Assembly (NCBI GenBank): GCA_964595465.1
Contig: CAZQQI010000007.1
Location: 3,930-67,929, forward strand
Source: an uncultured Planctomycetales bacterium
GTDB lineage: Bacteria; Omnitrophota; Gorgyraeia; Zapsychrales; JANLHA01
Direction of reading: 5' to 3'
Length of the DNA stretch: 64,000 nt
In this document: one piece after another, positions 18,368 through 28,746 of the stretch
Position numbering within the stretch: position 1 is the stretch's first letter
How the letters are laid out: every line of letters starts with the position of its first letter
Notes under the pieces: model-generated
The model's database searches: none
What the model was told of the DNA's origin: nothing
The model's input: the letters and a program-made list of their open reading frames with translations, nothing else
Program-made: the position numbers and the translations under genes

Positions 18368-19246
18368 GTGATTATGAAAACATGGACACGAATTTTAGCA
18401 ATGATTATGATCCTTGCTGTGGGTGCCGGTGCTGCCGGCGCGGAGATGATTCAGATCAAGGGATCGGATACCCTGATCAACATGGTTCAGCGTATAGCCG
18501 AGGTCTATATGGAAAAGAACCCCGGGGCTATGATCGCGGTCACCGGTGGGGGGTCAGGGACCGGGATCGCGGCCTTGATCAACGGCAAATGTGATATCGC
18601 CAATGCCTCACGCACGATGAAGCCTAAAGAGACCAGCAGGGCGGTCGCCGCGGGGGTTCAGCCGATCCGTGTTGTTGTGGCTATGGACGGCTTAAGTGTT
18701 ATCGTGAACGATAAAAATCCTATTGATAAACTGACGGTTCCTCAATTAGGCAAGATCTTCCGCGGCGAAGTGACTAATTGGTCTGATCTCGGCGGTCCGG
18801 ATATGCCGATCACGCTCTATGGGCGTCAGTCGAATTCCGGGACGTTCGTCTTTTTTATGGATCAGATCCTCAAAGGAGACTATTCTCCTAAAATGAACCG
18901 CATGAACGGTAACGCCCAGATCGTGGCCGCAGTCCGCAGTGATCCGTCCAGTATCGGTTATGTCGGTGTGGGATATGTCAAAAACGCAGGCGGGATCACT
19001 GTCCTTAAGGTCGCACGCAATGCTGATGCCGAATACGCCAGTCCTCTGAGCACAGCAGATGTTCAAAGCGGCGCGTATCCGATCGCCCGTCCTTTGAACC
19101 AGTATCTGAACGGAACACCGGAAGGGGATGTGCGCAAGTTCATTGAGTTTGAGCTGAGCCCTGAAGGACAGAAGGTCGTTGAAGAAGAAGGTTTCTTTGT
19201 GCTTCCTGAGGAATACGAAGCATATAACAAAAAAGCAGGACTTTAA
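18368..19246 (+). CDS. pstS: Phosphate ABC transporter substrate-binding protein PstS.
   Basis: A signal peptide is followed by the PstS-family core (GSDTL...TGGGSGTGIAAL...ANASR). Confidence 0.85.
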   Translation: MIMKTWTRILAMIMILAVGAGAAGAEMIQIKGSDTLINMVQRIAEVYMEKNPGAMIAVTGGGSGTGIAALINGKCDIANASRTMKPKETSRAVAAGVQPIRVVVAMDGLSVIVNDKNPIDKLTVPQLGKIFRGEVTNWSDLGGPDMPITLYGRQSNSGTFVFFMDQILKGDYSPKMNRMNGNAQIVAAVRSDPSSIGYVGVGYVKNAGGITVLKVARNADAEYASPLSTADVQSGAYPIARPLNQYLNGTPEGDVRKFIEFELSPEGQKVVEEEGFFVLPEEYEAYNKKAGL

Positions 19247-19270
19247 TTGCAGAATTAATGGTGTTTGATT

Positions 19271-19325
19271 ATAATATGCTCGCTGCGGGACCGCCTGGCA
19301 GGGGATTCTGCAGTGAGCATATTAT
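19271..19325 (+). promoter_or_regulatory. Intercistronic hairpin between pstS and pstC. It may stabilise the pstS mRNA segment or act as a partial terminator.
   Basis: A 15-bp inverted repeat (ATAATATGCTCGCTG / CAGtGAGCATATTAT, one mismatch) encloses a 25-nt loop. Confidence 0.4.
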
Positions 19326-19342
19326 CAACCGGGGTGTTGGGC

Positions 19343-20230
19343 ATGAATAAAGCCAGAATAAAAGAGAAACTGATTGAAGTTGTTTTTTTCGTCAACGGGA
19401 TGATCGTGGTCGGGGCCCTGGCCGCGATCTTTCTGCTGCTTTTGCGCAGTGCCTTGCCTGCTTTTGAAGAGATCAAGATCACTGAATTTTTATTCAGCGC
19501 CCGCTGGAATCCCACATCGTACTATAAAGAAACATACGGTATCCTGGCTATGGTGGCCAGCACGTTTATGGTGACTATCGGCGCCTTACTGATCGCGGTG
19601 CCTCTGGGGGTCGGGACGGCCGCGTATTTGTCTGATGTGGCCAGCCCAAGGGTGCGTGAGATCGCCAAGCCTGTCGTCGAGATCCTGGCCGGGATCCCCT
19701 CGGTCGTTATCGGGTTTCTGGGTATCGTCCTGGTGGGGCCGATGATCGCTAAATTAACGGGTCAGTATAACGGCCTGAACGTGCTTAACGGTTCCGTGCT
19801 TCTGGCGGTTATGGCCTTGCCCACGATCGTCAGTTTGTCCGAGGACGCTCTGGGCAGTGTTCCCAACGGCTTCCGCGATGCCTCATTGGCGCTGGGCGCC
19901 AACCCCTGGCAGACCCTGATCCGGGTGCGTATCCCGGCGGCGTCTTCCGGGATCCTGGCCGCCTGCATGCTGGGGATGGGGCGGGCCATCGGTGAGACCA
20001 TGACCGTTTTGATGGCGACCGGGAACGCTCCGGCGATGCCGTCTTCGATCCTTGATTCTGTGCGGACCATGACCGCGACCATAGCCATTGAATTGGGCGA
20101 AGTGCCGTATTTCACGACGCATTATTATGCTTTGTTCGCTATCGGACTGGTCCTGTTTATTATTACCTTTATCATCAATATGATCTCAGATATTGTTCTG
20201 GAAAATTATAAAAAGAAAACCCGTTATTAG
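19343..20230 (+). CDS. pstC: Phosphate ABC transporter permease PstC.
   Basis: It carries the PstC-type EAA loop region (ALGANPWQTLIRVRIPAASSGI). The start is taken at the internal ATG (MNKARIKEK) after the hairpin. Confidence 0.85.
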   Translation: MNKARIKEKLIEVVFFVNGMIVVGALAAIFLLLLRSALPAFEEIKITEFLFSARWNPTSYYKETYGILAMVASTFMVTIGALLIAVPLGVGTAAYLSDVASPRVREIAKPVVEILAGIPSVVIGFLGIVLVGPMIAKLTGQYNGLNVLNGSVLLAVMALPTIVSLSEDALGSVPNGFRDASLALGANPWQTLIRVRIPAASSGILAACMLGMGRAIGETMTVLMATGNAPAMPSSILDSVRTMTATIAIELGEVPYFTTHYYALFAIGLVLFIITFIINMISDIVLENYKKKTRY

Positions 20231-20241
20231 GATGACCGGCT

Positions 20242-21105
20242 ATGCCTGTTAGGGATAAACGAAAATTGATACAGCGTATCGGGTTCCTTATGCTCCGGGC
20301 CTGCATGGCCTTTGTTGTGCTGATCCTGATCGTGATCTTTTATGACATTTTCAGTAATGGGGCGCCGGTGATCAACTGGGAATTTATTTCCAAGCCTCCG
20401 CGTCAGGGCATGACCGAAGGCGGGATCTTCCCGGCGATCGTCGGGACCTTTTTTGTAACCCTGATCACCGCGGTTTTTTCCGTTCCCCTGGGTATGGGCT
20501 GCGCGATCTACCTTAATGAATACGCCGAACCGAACATGCTGACCCGGCTGATCCGTATGTCGATCCGCAATCTTTCCGGCGTACCGTCGATCGTTTACGG
20601 CCTTTTTGGTGTGGCCTTATTTGTAGAGATGCTCAATATGGGGACGGGGATTTTAGCTGCGGGGTGTACTCTTGGACTAATGACCTTGCCCTGGACGATC
20701 ACGGCCTCGGAAGAAGCGCTGCGTTCGGTTCCGAAGTCGTACCGGGAGGGATCGTTGGCTTTAGGCGCGACCAAATGGCAGTCCATCCATACCAATGTCC
20801 TGCCGTATTCCATTCCCGGCATGCTGACCGGAACGATTCTTGGTCTGGCCCGCGCTGCCGGAGAAACCGCGCCGATCCTGTTCACCGGGGCCGCGTTTTT
20901 TCTGCCGTATCTGCCCAAATCATTGTCTGATCAATTTATGGCTCTGCCGTATCACCTCTATATCATGGCGACCCAGCATCATGATATTGACGCTGTGCGT
21001 CCGATCGCCTATGGGACGGCGCTGGTCCTGATCACACTGGTTTTTATGATGAACCTGACCGGGATTATTTTCCGGTATCATCTGCGTAAATTAAAAAAGG
21101 AATGA
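20242..21105 (+). CDS. pstA: Phosphate ABC transporter permease PstA.
   Basis: The core is PstA-like ([27 protein letters not shown]). Confidence 0.85.
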   Translation: MPVRDKRKLIQRIGFLMLRACMAFVVLILIVIFYDIFSNGAPVINWEFISKPPRQGMTEGGIFPAIVGTFFVTLITAVFSVPLGMGCAIYLNEYAEPNMLTRLIRMSIRNLSGVPSIVYGLFGVALFVEMLNMGTGILAAGCTLGLMTLPWTITASEEALRSVPKSYREGSLALGATKWQSIHTNVLPYSIPGMLTGTILGLARAAGETAPILFTGAAFFLPYLPKSLSDQFMALPYHLYIMATQHHDIDAVRPIAYGTALVLITLVFMMNLTGIIFRYHLRKLKKE

Positions 21106-21109
21106 CGTT

Positions 21110-21868
21110 ATGCCACAGGTACGAGTCCGCATTAAAAATTTCGATTTTTATTATGGTGATAATTATACGGTCAAGGATGTGACCTTTGATATCCTGCCGT
21201 GCGAGGTGACGAGCATCATCGGTCCCTCGGGCTGCGGAAAATCCACGTTTCTGCGCTGTCTGAACCGCATGAATGATCTGATCCCGGGTACGCGGTCCAG
21301 CGGATTGATCGAGATCGACGGTGAAGATATTAATCAGGCCCATTTGGACGTGGTTCAGCTGCGGAAAAAGGTCGGCATGGTCTTTCAGAAGCCCAACCCC
21401 TTTCCCAAATCTATTTTTGAAAATATTGCCTACGGGCTCAGGATTAATGGTATAAAGAATAGAGATTATATCACGGAAAAGGTTGAGCAAAGCCTGAAAG
21501 ACGCCGCGTTATGGGATGAAGTAAAAGACCGCCTGCAGGAGAACGCCCTGTCTTTATCCGGCGGCCAGCAGCAAAGGCTGTGTGTGGCCAGGGCCCTGGC
21601 TATTGAACCGGAGATCATTTTGATGGACGAGCCGGCTTCTGCCCTGGACCCGATCGCGACCGCGAAGCTGGAGGAATTGATCATCCGCCTGAAAGAGAGA
21701 TATACGATCATTATTGTGACACATAACATGCAGCAGGCGGCACGGATCTCGGATAAGACCGCGTTTTTTATGCAGGGGGAATTGATCGAGTTCGGAGTGA
21801 CTAAAAACGTGTTTACTAATCCGGAGAAGCCGATCACTGAAGAATATATTACCGGCCGGTTCGGTTAA
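21110..21868 (+). CDS. pstB: Phosphate ABC transporter ATPase PstB.
   Basis: Walker A is GPSGCGKST, the ABC signature is LSGGQQQRL, and Walker B is IILMDEP. Confidence 0.9.
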   Translation: MPQVRVRIKNFDFYYGDNYTVKDVTFDILPCEVTSIIGPSGCGKSTFLRCLNRMNDLIPGTRSSGLIEIDGEDINQAHLDVVQLRKKVGMVFQKPNPFPKSIFENIAYGLRINGIKNRDYITEKVEQSLKDAALWDEVKDRLQENALSLSGGQQQRLCVARALAIEPEIILMDEPASALDPIATAKLEELIIRLKERYTIIIVTHNMQQAARISDKTAFFMQGELIEFGVTKNVFTNPEKPITEEYITGRFG

Positions 21869-21944
21869 TGGCTGTCATCAGTTTCCCGGCGGCAGGAGGC
21901 GCATGGCCGGCTGCGGGATACTGTATTAAGGAAAGGAACGAGCT

Positions 21945-22628
21945 ATGGAGCGGCATTTTCATGAAGAGCTGGAACAGTTCAATGCCAATATATTAAAAAT
22001 GGCGGAATTGACCGAGCAGGGCCTTGATAAGGCCTTTCAGGCCCTGCGTGATCAGAACGTCCCTCTGGCGGAAGAGGTGATCAGGGCGGATAAGGTTATT
22101 GACGAATTGGAGTTAAAGGTCGATGAGCTGGCTGTGGCCCTGCTGGCCCTGAACCAGCCTATGGCAGTCGACCTGCGCATGATCACGACGGGCATGCATG
22201 TGAACGCAGCGATCGAACGCATCGCGGATCTGGTCGTCAACATTGCCCAGCGCGCCATTGAGGTGTCTCGTGAGCCTCTGCTTAAGCCCTTGATCGATAT
22301 CGAAAAAATGACCCATGTGGCCAAGCGCATGGTCCGGGGGGCCAGCGATGCCTTGATCCAGCGGGATATCAGGCTGGCGAAAGAGGTGATCATGTCGGAT
22401 GGGGAGTCGAACGCTTTGCGGGATGCCGTGTATGATGAGGTGATCCATGATCATATTGTGAAAGACGGCAGTCTGGCCCCGCGGGCCGTTCCGCTGATCC
22501 TGGTTGCCAGGGACCTGGAGCGGATCTGTGATAATGCCGCGGCCATTGCCGAAGATGTGATCTATATGATCCAGGCCAAGACGGTGCGGCATCATCCCGA
22601 GCGTCTGGAGAATGGGGGATTATCGTAG
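21945..22628 (+). CDS. phoU: Phosphate signalling complex protein PhoU.
   Basis: Two PhoU repeats are present, each with an ...ADLVVNIAQRA... / ERICDNAAAIAEDVIYM pattern. Confidence 0.85.
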   Translation: MERHFHEELEQFNANILKMAELTEQGLDKAFQALRDQNVPLAEEVIRADKVIDELELKVDELAVALLALNQPMAVDLRMITTGMHVNAAIERIADLVVNIAQRAIEVSREPLLKPLIDIEKMTHVAKRMVRGASDALIQRDIRLAKEVIMSDGESNALRDAVYDEVIHDHIVKDGSLAPRAVPLILVARDLERICDNAAAIAEDVIYMIQAKTVRHHPERLENGGLS

Positions 22629-22654
22629 ATCCTTAAAAACTAGTGCGGGTTTTC

Positions 22655-22684
22655 AGCGGGCCTGATTTCAGGCCCGCTTTTTTT
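22655..22684 (+). terminator. Strong rho-independent terminator ending the pst-phoU operon.
   Basis: An 11-bp GC-rich perfect stem (agcgggcctga / tcaggcccgct) is followed by T7. Confidence 0.7.
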
Positions 22685-23134
22685 AACTCAACTAAATAAA
22701 TCTGACTCTTTGAAAAAATAAATGGGTATGACGGATACGATAATGCTTTCGTGTGCCATTTTGCAGGCGAATGGCTCAGGAAGATCGGGAGAGACTCGTT
22801 CGCTCAAACAACCTCCCGAACGTTTTTATAATGACCCGTTCGGTTCGGAACTCGCTCTGCGTGTCCCTCCCGATCTTTTTTATCGCCATTCGAGCAGAAA
22901 CTGTTTAAATACGAAACATCACATTATCCTTTGTTTTATCCACGCAAAAGTTCATAGAGCCATAAATCTACGTAATTCTTTCGATTACCAACTTTTTTCC
23001 ACTATATTGGCATTAATATTGCTTCAGTTTAGAGTGGGTAAAGCAATTTATGTTGAATTAACGTTTTGTTTACATTGCCCCTTGTTTTTTTGCCTGTTTT
23101 TCCGGCATACTTATGAAAATCTGTAAACGGTGTT

Positions 23135-24799
23135 ATGAGAATGATTTTGAACCTAATGGAAAACCGGACACAAAAAATCGGCGAAATTCTTCTAGGTCAG
23201 GGTCTGATCCAGGAGCATCAGCTGGAGGACGCGCTTTCCGAGCAGAAGAATGACCAGCGCCGCCTGGGTGAGCTTCTTGTGGCTAAAGGTTTGATCAAAG
23301 AAGAGGTGCTCTATGAGATCCTGGCTGAATTATTTCAGGTTCCTTTTATTCAGGAAAGCGATATTCTGCCTGAAGAGGAGGCGGTCAGGGCCGTTCCGCT
23401 GGACCTTATCGAAGGGAATCATATTCTGCCTTTGACGGTTGAAGGGAAGAATTTAACGGTCGCCACCAGTGATCCGCTGAATTTTGATATTATTCAGAAA
23501 GTTCAATATAAATCAGGATTTTTCGTTCGGGTCGTTATGACCACTCCCCGGGCGGTGGAAGCAGGCCTGCAGGATGTTCTCGACACCCTGAATACCAGCG
23601 CTGCTGTTAAGGCCCTGAAAGGCGATTCTGGTGATCACAGCAATATTCGTGAGCTGGTTCACGCCATTCTGAACAGAGCCATAAGGGAACGGGCATCAGA
23701 TGTCCATTTTGAGCCTCTGCCGGAATTTTTACGTGTCCGTTTCCGTATTGATGGTGTCCTGCATGAACGCAATACCATCCCTAAAGAATTGGAACGCAAC
23801 ATTTTATCACGTATTAAGATCGTGTCGGGTATGGATGTTGCAGAAAATCGACGTCCGCAGGACGGACGCACATCATTTGAAAACCGCAATAAAGAATATG
23901 ATATACGGGTTTCGTCCCTGCCGGATGTTCAGGGAGAGAACCTGGTATTGCGTATTCTCAGCAAAGAGGCTATAGGATGGAGTTTCAAACACCTGGGGGT
24001 GTCTGACAACGATCAGAAAACTCTGCACCGCTTGTTGAGACTGCCTTATGGATTGATCCTGGTGACCGGGCCGACCGGGGCAGGGAAGACGACAACACTT
24101 TATTCCATGCTGAATCTCTTGAATAAAACTGAACGCAAGATCATTTCAGTGGAAGAACCGGTTGAATATCAGCTGAAGGGGGTCACCCAGACCGCGGTGA
24201 ACCCGCATATTGACTACACCTTTGCCAATGCGATCCGTCAGATCCTGCGTCATGATCCCGACGTGATCATGGTCGGGGAGATCCGCGATCTCCCCACTGC
24301 GGAGATGGCAGTGCGCGCGGCATTAACCGGACATCTTGTGCTATCGACTATGCACACGAATACGGCGGCCGGGGCCATTACCCGCCTTTTGGAAATGGAT
24401 ATTGAGCCGTTTTTGATCAGCTCAGCCCTGTCAGGGGTTTTAGCTCAGCGTCTGGTCCGGTCGGTCTGTCCGTATTGTGTGCAGGAAAGCCGCTTGCCCG
24501 GAAATAAAAGGCAGAAGCTGTCCCGTCTGGGTGTCAGCATAGAAGATGTGAAAGAAGTTAAGGCTGCAGGGTGCGCGCGGTGTCACCAATCGGGGTATCG
24601 AGGCAGGGAAGGTCTTTTTGAGATTTTGGAAGCTGATAGTGAAATTCAGGCCATGATCCTTAAACGCTGTTCAGAGAAAGAGATCATGGAGAGGGCTCAG
24701 GAAAAAGGCATGGCGGATTTGAGGGAAGCCGCTCTGCAGAAATTTTTGAAAAAACAAACCACCTGGCAGGAGATCATGCGGGTGGTTGCTTTTGAGTGA
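23135..24799 (+). CDS. pilB: Type IV pilus / T2SS assembly ATPase (PilB/GspE family).
   Basis: It has an N-terminal MshEN-like domain, the Walker A GPTGAGKTT, Asp and His boxes, and the tetracysteine motif CPYC...CARC. Confidence 0.85.
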   Translation: MRMILNLMENRTQKIGEILLGQGLIQEHQLEDALSEQKNDQRRLGELLVAKGLIKEEVLYEILAELFQVPFIQESDILPEEEAVRAVPLDLIEGNHILPLTVEGKNLTVATSDPLNFDIIQKVQYKSGFFVRVVMTTPRAVEAGLQDVLDTLNTSAAVKALKGDSGDHSNIRELVHAILNRAIRERASDVHFEPLPEFLRVRFRIDGVLHERNTIPKELERNILSRIKIVSGMDVAENRRPQDGRTSFENRNKEYDIRVSSLPDVQGENLVLRILSKEAIGWSFKHLGVSDNDQKTLHRLLRLPYGLILVTGPTGAGKTTTLYSMLNLLNKTERKIISVEEPVEYQLKGVTQTAVNPHIDYTFANAIRQILRHDPDVIMVGEIRDLPTAEMAVRAALTGHLVLSTMHTNTAAGAITRLLEMDIEPFLISSALSGVLAQRLVRSVCPYCVQESRLPGNKRQKLSRLGVSIEDVKEVKAAGCARCHQSGYRGREGLFEILEADSEIQAMILKRCSEKEIMERAQEKGMADLREAALQKFLKKQTTWQEIMRVVAFE

Positions 24800-24833
24800 T
24801 GCGTACCGGGTGATACAGGGGTAACATAAGCAT

Positions 24834-26039
24834 ATGAAGACGTTTATTTATCAGTTGCGGGATAAAAAGGGGCGGTCTCTCTACGGTTTTGAGCGGGCCG
24901 CGGACAAGCGCGCCCTGCGCCGCAAGATCGTGGATAAAAATCTGTTTTTCGTCTCCGCGCAGAAAACAGACCGCAAAAAGATCTTTCGTCAGGGGATCTC
25001 TTTAACCGCCTTGTCGGTTTTCACGCATCGTCTCAGTTCATTGGTCGAAGCCGGGATCCCGATCCTTTCCGCCCTTAATGTTCTTTGGCATCAGACAGAA
25101 GACAAACAGATGCAGCTGGTCATCAGTTATTTGACCCGACGGCTGGAACAGGGCGCGCGGATTTCTGAGGCTATGGCCAGTTTTCCCAATGTCTTTCCGC
25201 CGGTCTACCGGGCTCTGGTGGGCATCGCGGAAAAATCCGGTGGTCTGGTCGAGATCCTGCGCCGTCTGGTCATTTATCTGGAATATCAGCGCAATCTGAT
25301 CATGCGGACCAGAAAGGCCATGTTTTATCCGATCGTCGTTTTGGTCTTTTCTCTGCTGATCCTGATCGGCATGTTTGTCTTTGTGGTCCCGGTCTTTCAG
25401 CGTTTTTTGGAAAAATTAAACGTCGAATTGCCTCTTTTGACCCGGGCGGTGCTGAACGTATCTGCCTTTTTACGGAATCCGTTCGCTATCGCCGGTATTT
25501 TCCTGCTTATTGCTGCGGGGTATTTTGTGCATCGATATATCAAGTCCTCGGTTTCAGCACGGCAGGTGCTGGACCGCATGAAGCTCAGGATCCCCTTTTA
25601 TGGGAATATTTTATATACGTCGAATATGAGCCGTTTTGTCAACGCCTTCAGTCTGATGGTCGGCGCCGGACTGCCTTTATTGGAAAGTTTTCAGGCGGCA
25701 GCCTCAACCGTGGACAACCGCTCTGTGTACAAGAGTATTGACCGGGTCCGCGCGCGCGTTGAGCAGGGGATGGGTCTGCATGAATCATTTGACCGGGAAC
25801 GGGATTTTCCGCAGATGATGGTGGAAATGGTCGGGATAGGGGAGCAGAGCGGCAAGATCTCCCGCTCTCTGGACCGTATGGCCCAGCATTTTGACGAAGA
25901 TGTGGATTATAAATTGAACCGGGGTCTGACATTATTGGAGCCCGCTCTGATCGTAGTCGTCGGTGTTATGGTCCTGCTGACTTTGATGGCGATCTATCTA
26001 CCGGTGGTCTCAATGTGGCAGGGCTTGTCGGGAGGATAA
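24834..26039 (+). CDS. pilC: Type IV pilus / T2SS inner-membrane platform protein (PilC/GspF family).
   Basis: Two GspF repeats and three TM helices are present. The size (401 aa) is typical. Confidence 0.8.
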   Translation: MKTFIYQLRDKKGRSLYGFERAADKRALRRKIVDKNLFFVSAQKTDRKKIFRQGISLTALSVFTHRLSSLVEAGIPILSALNVLWHQTEDKQMQLVISYLTRRLEQGARISEAMASFPNVFPPVYRALVGIAEKSGGLVEILRRLVIYLEYQRNLIMRTRKAMFYPIVVLVFSLLILIGMFVFVVPVFQRFLEKLNVELPLLTRAVLNVSAFLRNPFAIAGIFLLIAAGYFVHRYIKSSVSARQVLDRMKLRIPFYGNILYTSNMSRFVNAFSLMVGAGLPLLESFQAAASTVDNRSVYKSIDRVRARVEQGMGLHESFDRERDFPQMMVEMVGIGEQSGKISRSLDRMAQHFDEDVDYKLNRGLTLLEPALIVVVGVMVLLTLMAIYLPVVSMWQGLSGG

Positions 26040-26232
26040 AAAAAATGTTATATTTATTTAATTATCTTTCGGAGTAAAAATACAGCGGATAATGTGCTGA
26101 ATCATTTAAGGGAGGGCGGACTGACAAATGGTACCAATATGATCGATTATGACCTCTCAGCCTGCAGCACTTGGAATAGAACATGAAAAAATAGCGATAA
26201 CAACGATAACGAAAAAAATAAGGAGCAAGAAA

Positions 26233-26559
26233 ATGAAAAAGATGAATACACAAGGGTTTTCATTGGTAGAGGTCCTGGTCGTTTTAGCGATCATCGGAGC
26301 GTTGGTCGCGATGATCCTGCCGAACGCTTTTCGCGCTATGAATCAGTCTGACAGCACCCGTTCAACTGCTTCGGACCGTGCTGTCGAGGCGGCTTACGCG
26401 GCCTGCCGTCTGGATAACAACACCGATCATACAGCTTGTGATACCGCAGCTGAATTAGCACCGTACGTTGACGGGACCATTCCGAATTCGTGTACGATTA
26501 CAGGGGTTGATCAGGACGGCGACGGTACGGATGACAGCATAAACGTCACCGGATGTTAA
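26233..26559 (+). CDS. Type IV major pilin / pseudopilin with a class III signal peptide.
   Basis: The leader MKKMNTQG precedes the mature FSLVEVLVVLAIIG, with Glu at +5. A C-terminal disulfide loop lies between C...C. Start is taken at ATG 26233 with the RBS aaggagc. The long upstream ORF extension is rejected. Confidence 0.8.
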   Translation: MKKMNTQGFSLVEVLVVLAIIGALVAMILPNAFRAMNQSDSTRSTASDRAVEAAYAACRLDNNTDHTACDTAAELAPYVDGTIPNSCTITGVDQDGDGTDDSINVTGC

Positions 26560-26602
26560 ATTCCGTTTTGGTGCGTTTATCAGCGACTAAGGACGATCAT
26601 TT

Positions 26603-28120
26603 ATGAGAAAAGGGTACTTAGCGATAGATATTTACGGGCCCGGGTTGAGATGGGTCTTTGCCGAACCGAAGGGGCGTTCTCTGCGGATTGTCCGCAGCGG
26701 CGTTTGTCCGGCTCCGCAGGGATTTCTTCAGCCCGGTGCCCTGCGCACTGTTCTGGTCGATCTTTTCCGTGAAGAAGAGATCGCGGTTAAGAGGATCTTT
26801 GTGTCCTATTCGGATCCGGATACCCTGATCCATAAAGCCGTCTTTCCTAAAATGACGCAGGCCGAGCTGAAAGAAGCTGTTACGGCGGAGATTGAACGGG
26901 TCCCATCCTTTGAAGACCGGCCGTTTGATTTCGTTTTTACCCGCCGCCCGTTGCCGGATGATAAAGAACAAATCATTTTCGCGGCGGTTTTGCAGGAATC
27001 CCTGGACCGGATTATGGATGAGATCCGGGAGACAGGTATTCCCGCTGATCATTTGGAATTGGCACCTATTCATTTGGATAAGGTCTTCTCTCTCATACAG
27101 AGGCCGGATGTCCCTGAAAAGTCACAATCGGAGTTGTCTTCCGGCGTTGAGGCGGTCATCGTGGTCCATGAACAGGCATCTTCGGTTCTGTTGAGTGAGG
27201 ACGGACACATTGAAGAATTTTTCCGCTCTTCGGCCGGGATGCATCAGATCAAAAAGGGCACGGACCCGTCCGGCATTGTCAAGCAATGGACATCGGAATT
27301 TGTCCGTATGATGCGCTCTTATGAAGAGGTGCATGGCGGAAAACGTGTTCAGCGGGTTTGGCTGGTTTGGGATAAAACACGCTTGGAAGATCTGCCGCGG
27401 GCCTTTGAGCGTGCCATGCCCATTGAGATTATTGAGCCTAAATTGGAATGGATTTCCCGTCTCGAAACGGCGGGTGAGTCGGATAATCCTCTGAACCTTG
27501 TCGCTTTGACACCGCTGATTTGCGCCTGGAAAAAGATGCGGACACGTGTATCTCTTCAGCATTTCTTCCGCCGGATGCAGACCCGCAAAACGATTTTGAC
27601 TGCCGCTGTGATCACCGCGGTTCTGATCGCGGGGATGAGTCTGGGGCTGAAAATGTATACCCAGCAGTTGACCAATAAAGTTGAACGTGTCAAACAGGCT
27701 TCCCAGATCGAAATGTTGGAAATCAAGGGTCTGAAGAAAGAGGCTCAGGAATTGTACGCGGAACAAAAAGAATTTTTAGAGAATCAACAGCGCCTTCTGG
27801 AACAGGCTATGTTTGTGCGTGCTCTTAACCGGGTGAGCTGGGCCCAGGTCCTGTCGGAATACGCGCGTGAGATGCCGGAAGATCTGGCGCTGACGCATTT
27901 TCGGTTTGCTGATGACGGCAAGGCCACCATTAAAGGACAGAGTTTCGATATGGATTCGGTCGCGGAGATGATCCGCCGCATTGAGGATTCCGATATTCTC
28001 GAGAACGGCATGTTTGACTTTTTAAAAGAACGCACGATCCGTGATCAACAACTCTATGAGTTCGGCATTGTCGCGCGTTTGAAGAGACAGAAAGAGGTTC
28101 CGGAGAGTGAGTATGAATAA
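26603..28120 (+). CDS. Fused PilM-PilN (GspL-like architecture): a cytoplasmic actin-like domain, then a TM helix, then a coiled-coil periplasmic domain.
   Basis: The first ~300 aa form an actin/FtsA-like fold. A TM helix (ILTAAVITAVLIAGMSLGL) follows, then a coiled coil and a ferredoxin-like C-terminal region. Confidence 0.55.
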   Translation: MRKGYLAIDIYGPGLRWVFAEPKGRSLRIVRSGVCPAPQGFLQPGALRTVLVDLFREEEIAVKRIFVSYSDPDTLIHKAVFPKMTQAELKEAVTAEIERVPSFEDRPFDFVFTRRPLPDDKEQIIFAAVLQESLDRIMDEIRETGIPADHLELAPIHLDKVFSLIQRPDVPEKSQSELSSGVEAVIVVHEQASSVLLSEDGHIEEFFRSSAGMHQIKKGTDPSGIVKQWTSEFVRMMRSYEEVHGGKRVQRVWLVWDKTRLEDLPRAFERAMPIEIIEPKLEWISRLETAGESDNPLNLVALTPLICAWKKMRTRVSLQHFFRRMQTRKTILTAAVITAVLIAGMSLGLKMYTQQLTNKVERVKQASQIEMLEIKGLKKEAQELYAEQKEFLENQQRLLEQAMFVRALNRVSWAQVLSEYAREMPEDLALTHFRFADDGKATIKGQSFDMDSVAEMIRRIEDSDILENGMFDFLKERTIRDQQLYEFGIVARLKRQKEVPESEYE

Positions 28121-28742
28121 ATCGCGTATTATCATAGCCGCTGTTGTTTTGTGTCTTGCCTTTGCCGGCGTGTGTGTTTATATCGGCTGGCAAAGCTATC
28201 GATCCTTTTATCAACTGCAGGTGGATCGGCAGGCGCATGAGAATCGCATTGTCAAATTGAAAAAAGATATCCGCGAGATTAAATCTTTTATCAAACGGTA
28301 TAAGCGCGATAACGAAGAATTTCAGAAATTTTTATTCAAAGAAAAAGATGTCCCGGAATTCCTGGAGGGAGTCTCTCAGTTTGCCGGTAAGGCGGGAGTC
28401 GATATTATCGATATGAAAACTCAGAAGTTTGAAGAAGTCCGCTCCGCGTATGTGAAGCAGGCGCAGTCCCCTGTGGTCCAACGGCGAATGCGGAAGCGCG
28501 TCGGGGAGGACAGCCAAAAGCAGAGAATGGAGGAATTTACCCTGGCGGCTATGCCGGTCCACATTACGGTTAAGGGAGAGTTTGAAGCGTTCGTGTATTT
28601 TCTGAGTTATTTGGAAAAATTCAAACAATTGATCACGGTCAACGCTGTTGAGATCGCATCCGGTACGGATTACCCGGTTTTACGGTATTCGTTCACCGTG
28701 AAGATCTACAGCTTGAAGACTGTGGAAGATCTTATGGAATGA
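28107..28742 (+). CDS. PilO / GspM-like inner-membrane pilus alignment protein.
   Basis: An N-terminal TM helix, a coiled coil and a C-terminal ferredoxin-like region are present. The start overlaps the upstream gene. Confidence 0.5.
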   Translation: MSMNKSRIIIAAVVLCLAFAGVCVYIGWQSYRSFYQLQVDRQAHENRIVKLKKDIREIKSFIKRYKRDNEEFQKFLFKEKDVPEFLEGVSQFAGKAGVDIIDMKTQKFEEVRSAYVKQAQSPVVQRRMRKRVGEDSQKQRMEEFTLAAMPVHITVKGEFEAFVYFLSYLEKFKQLITVNAVEIASGTDYPVLRYSFTVKIYSLKTVEDLME

Positions 28743-28746
28743 TGAT

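Noticed and set aside
22722-23126. A 134-aa plus-strand ORF in the AT-rich gap before the pilus ATPase gene.
   Set aside because: It has no RBS and a nonsense-like composition, and it lies in a low-GC noncoding region.
26100-26135. A possible sigma-54 promoter (TGGTAC-N5-TGATC) upstream of the pilin gene.
   Set aside because: The -12 element lacks the conserved GC (TTGCW), so the match is to GG only.
26149-26232. An N-terminal extension of the pilin ORF (MTSQPAALGIEHEKIAITTITKKIRSKK...).
   Set aside because: Prepilin leaders are short and basic. The internal ATG at 26233 has a good SD and gives the canonical MKKMNTQG-FSLVE leader.
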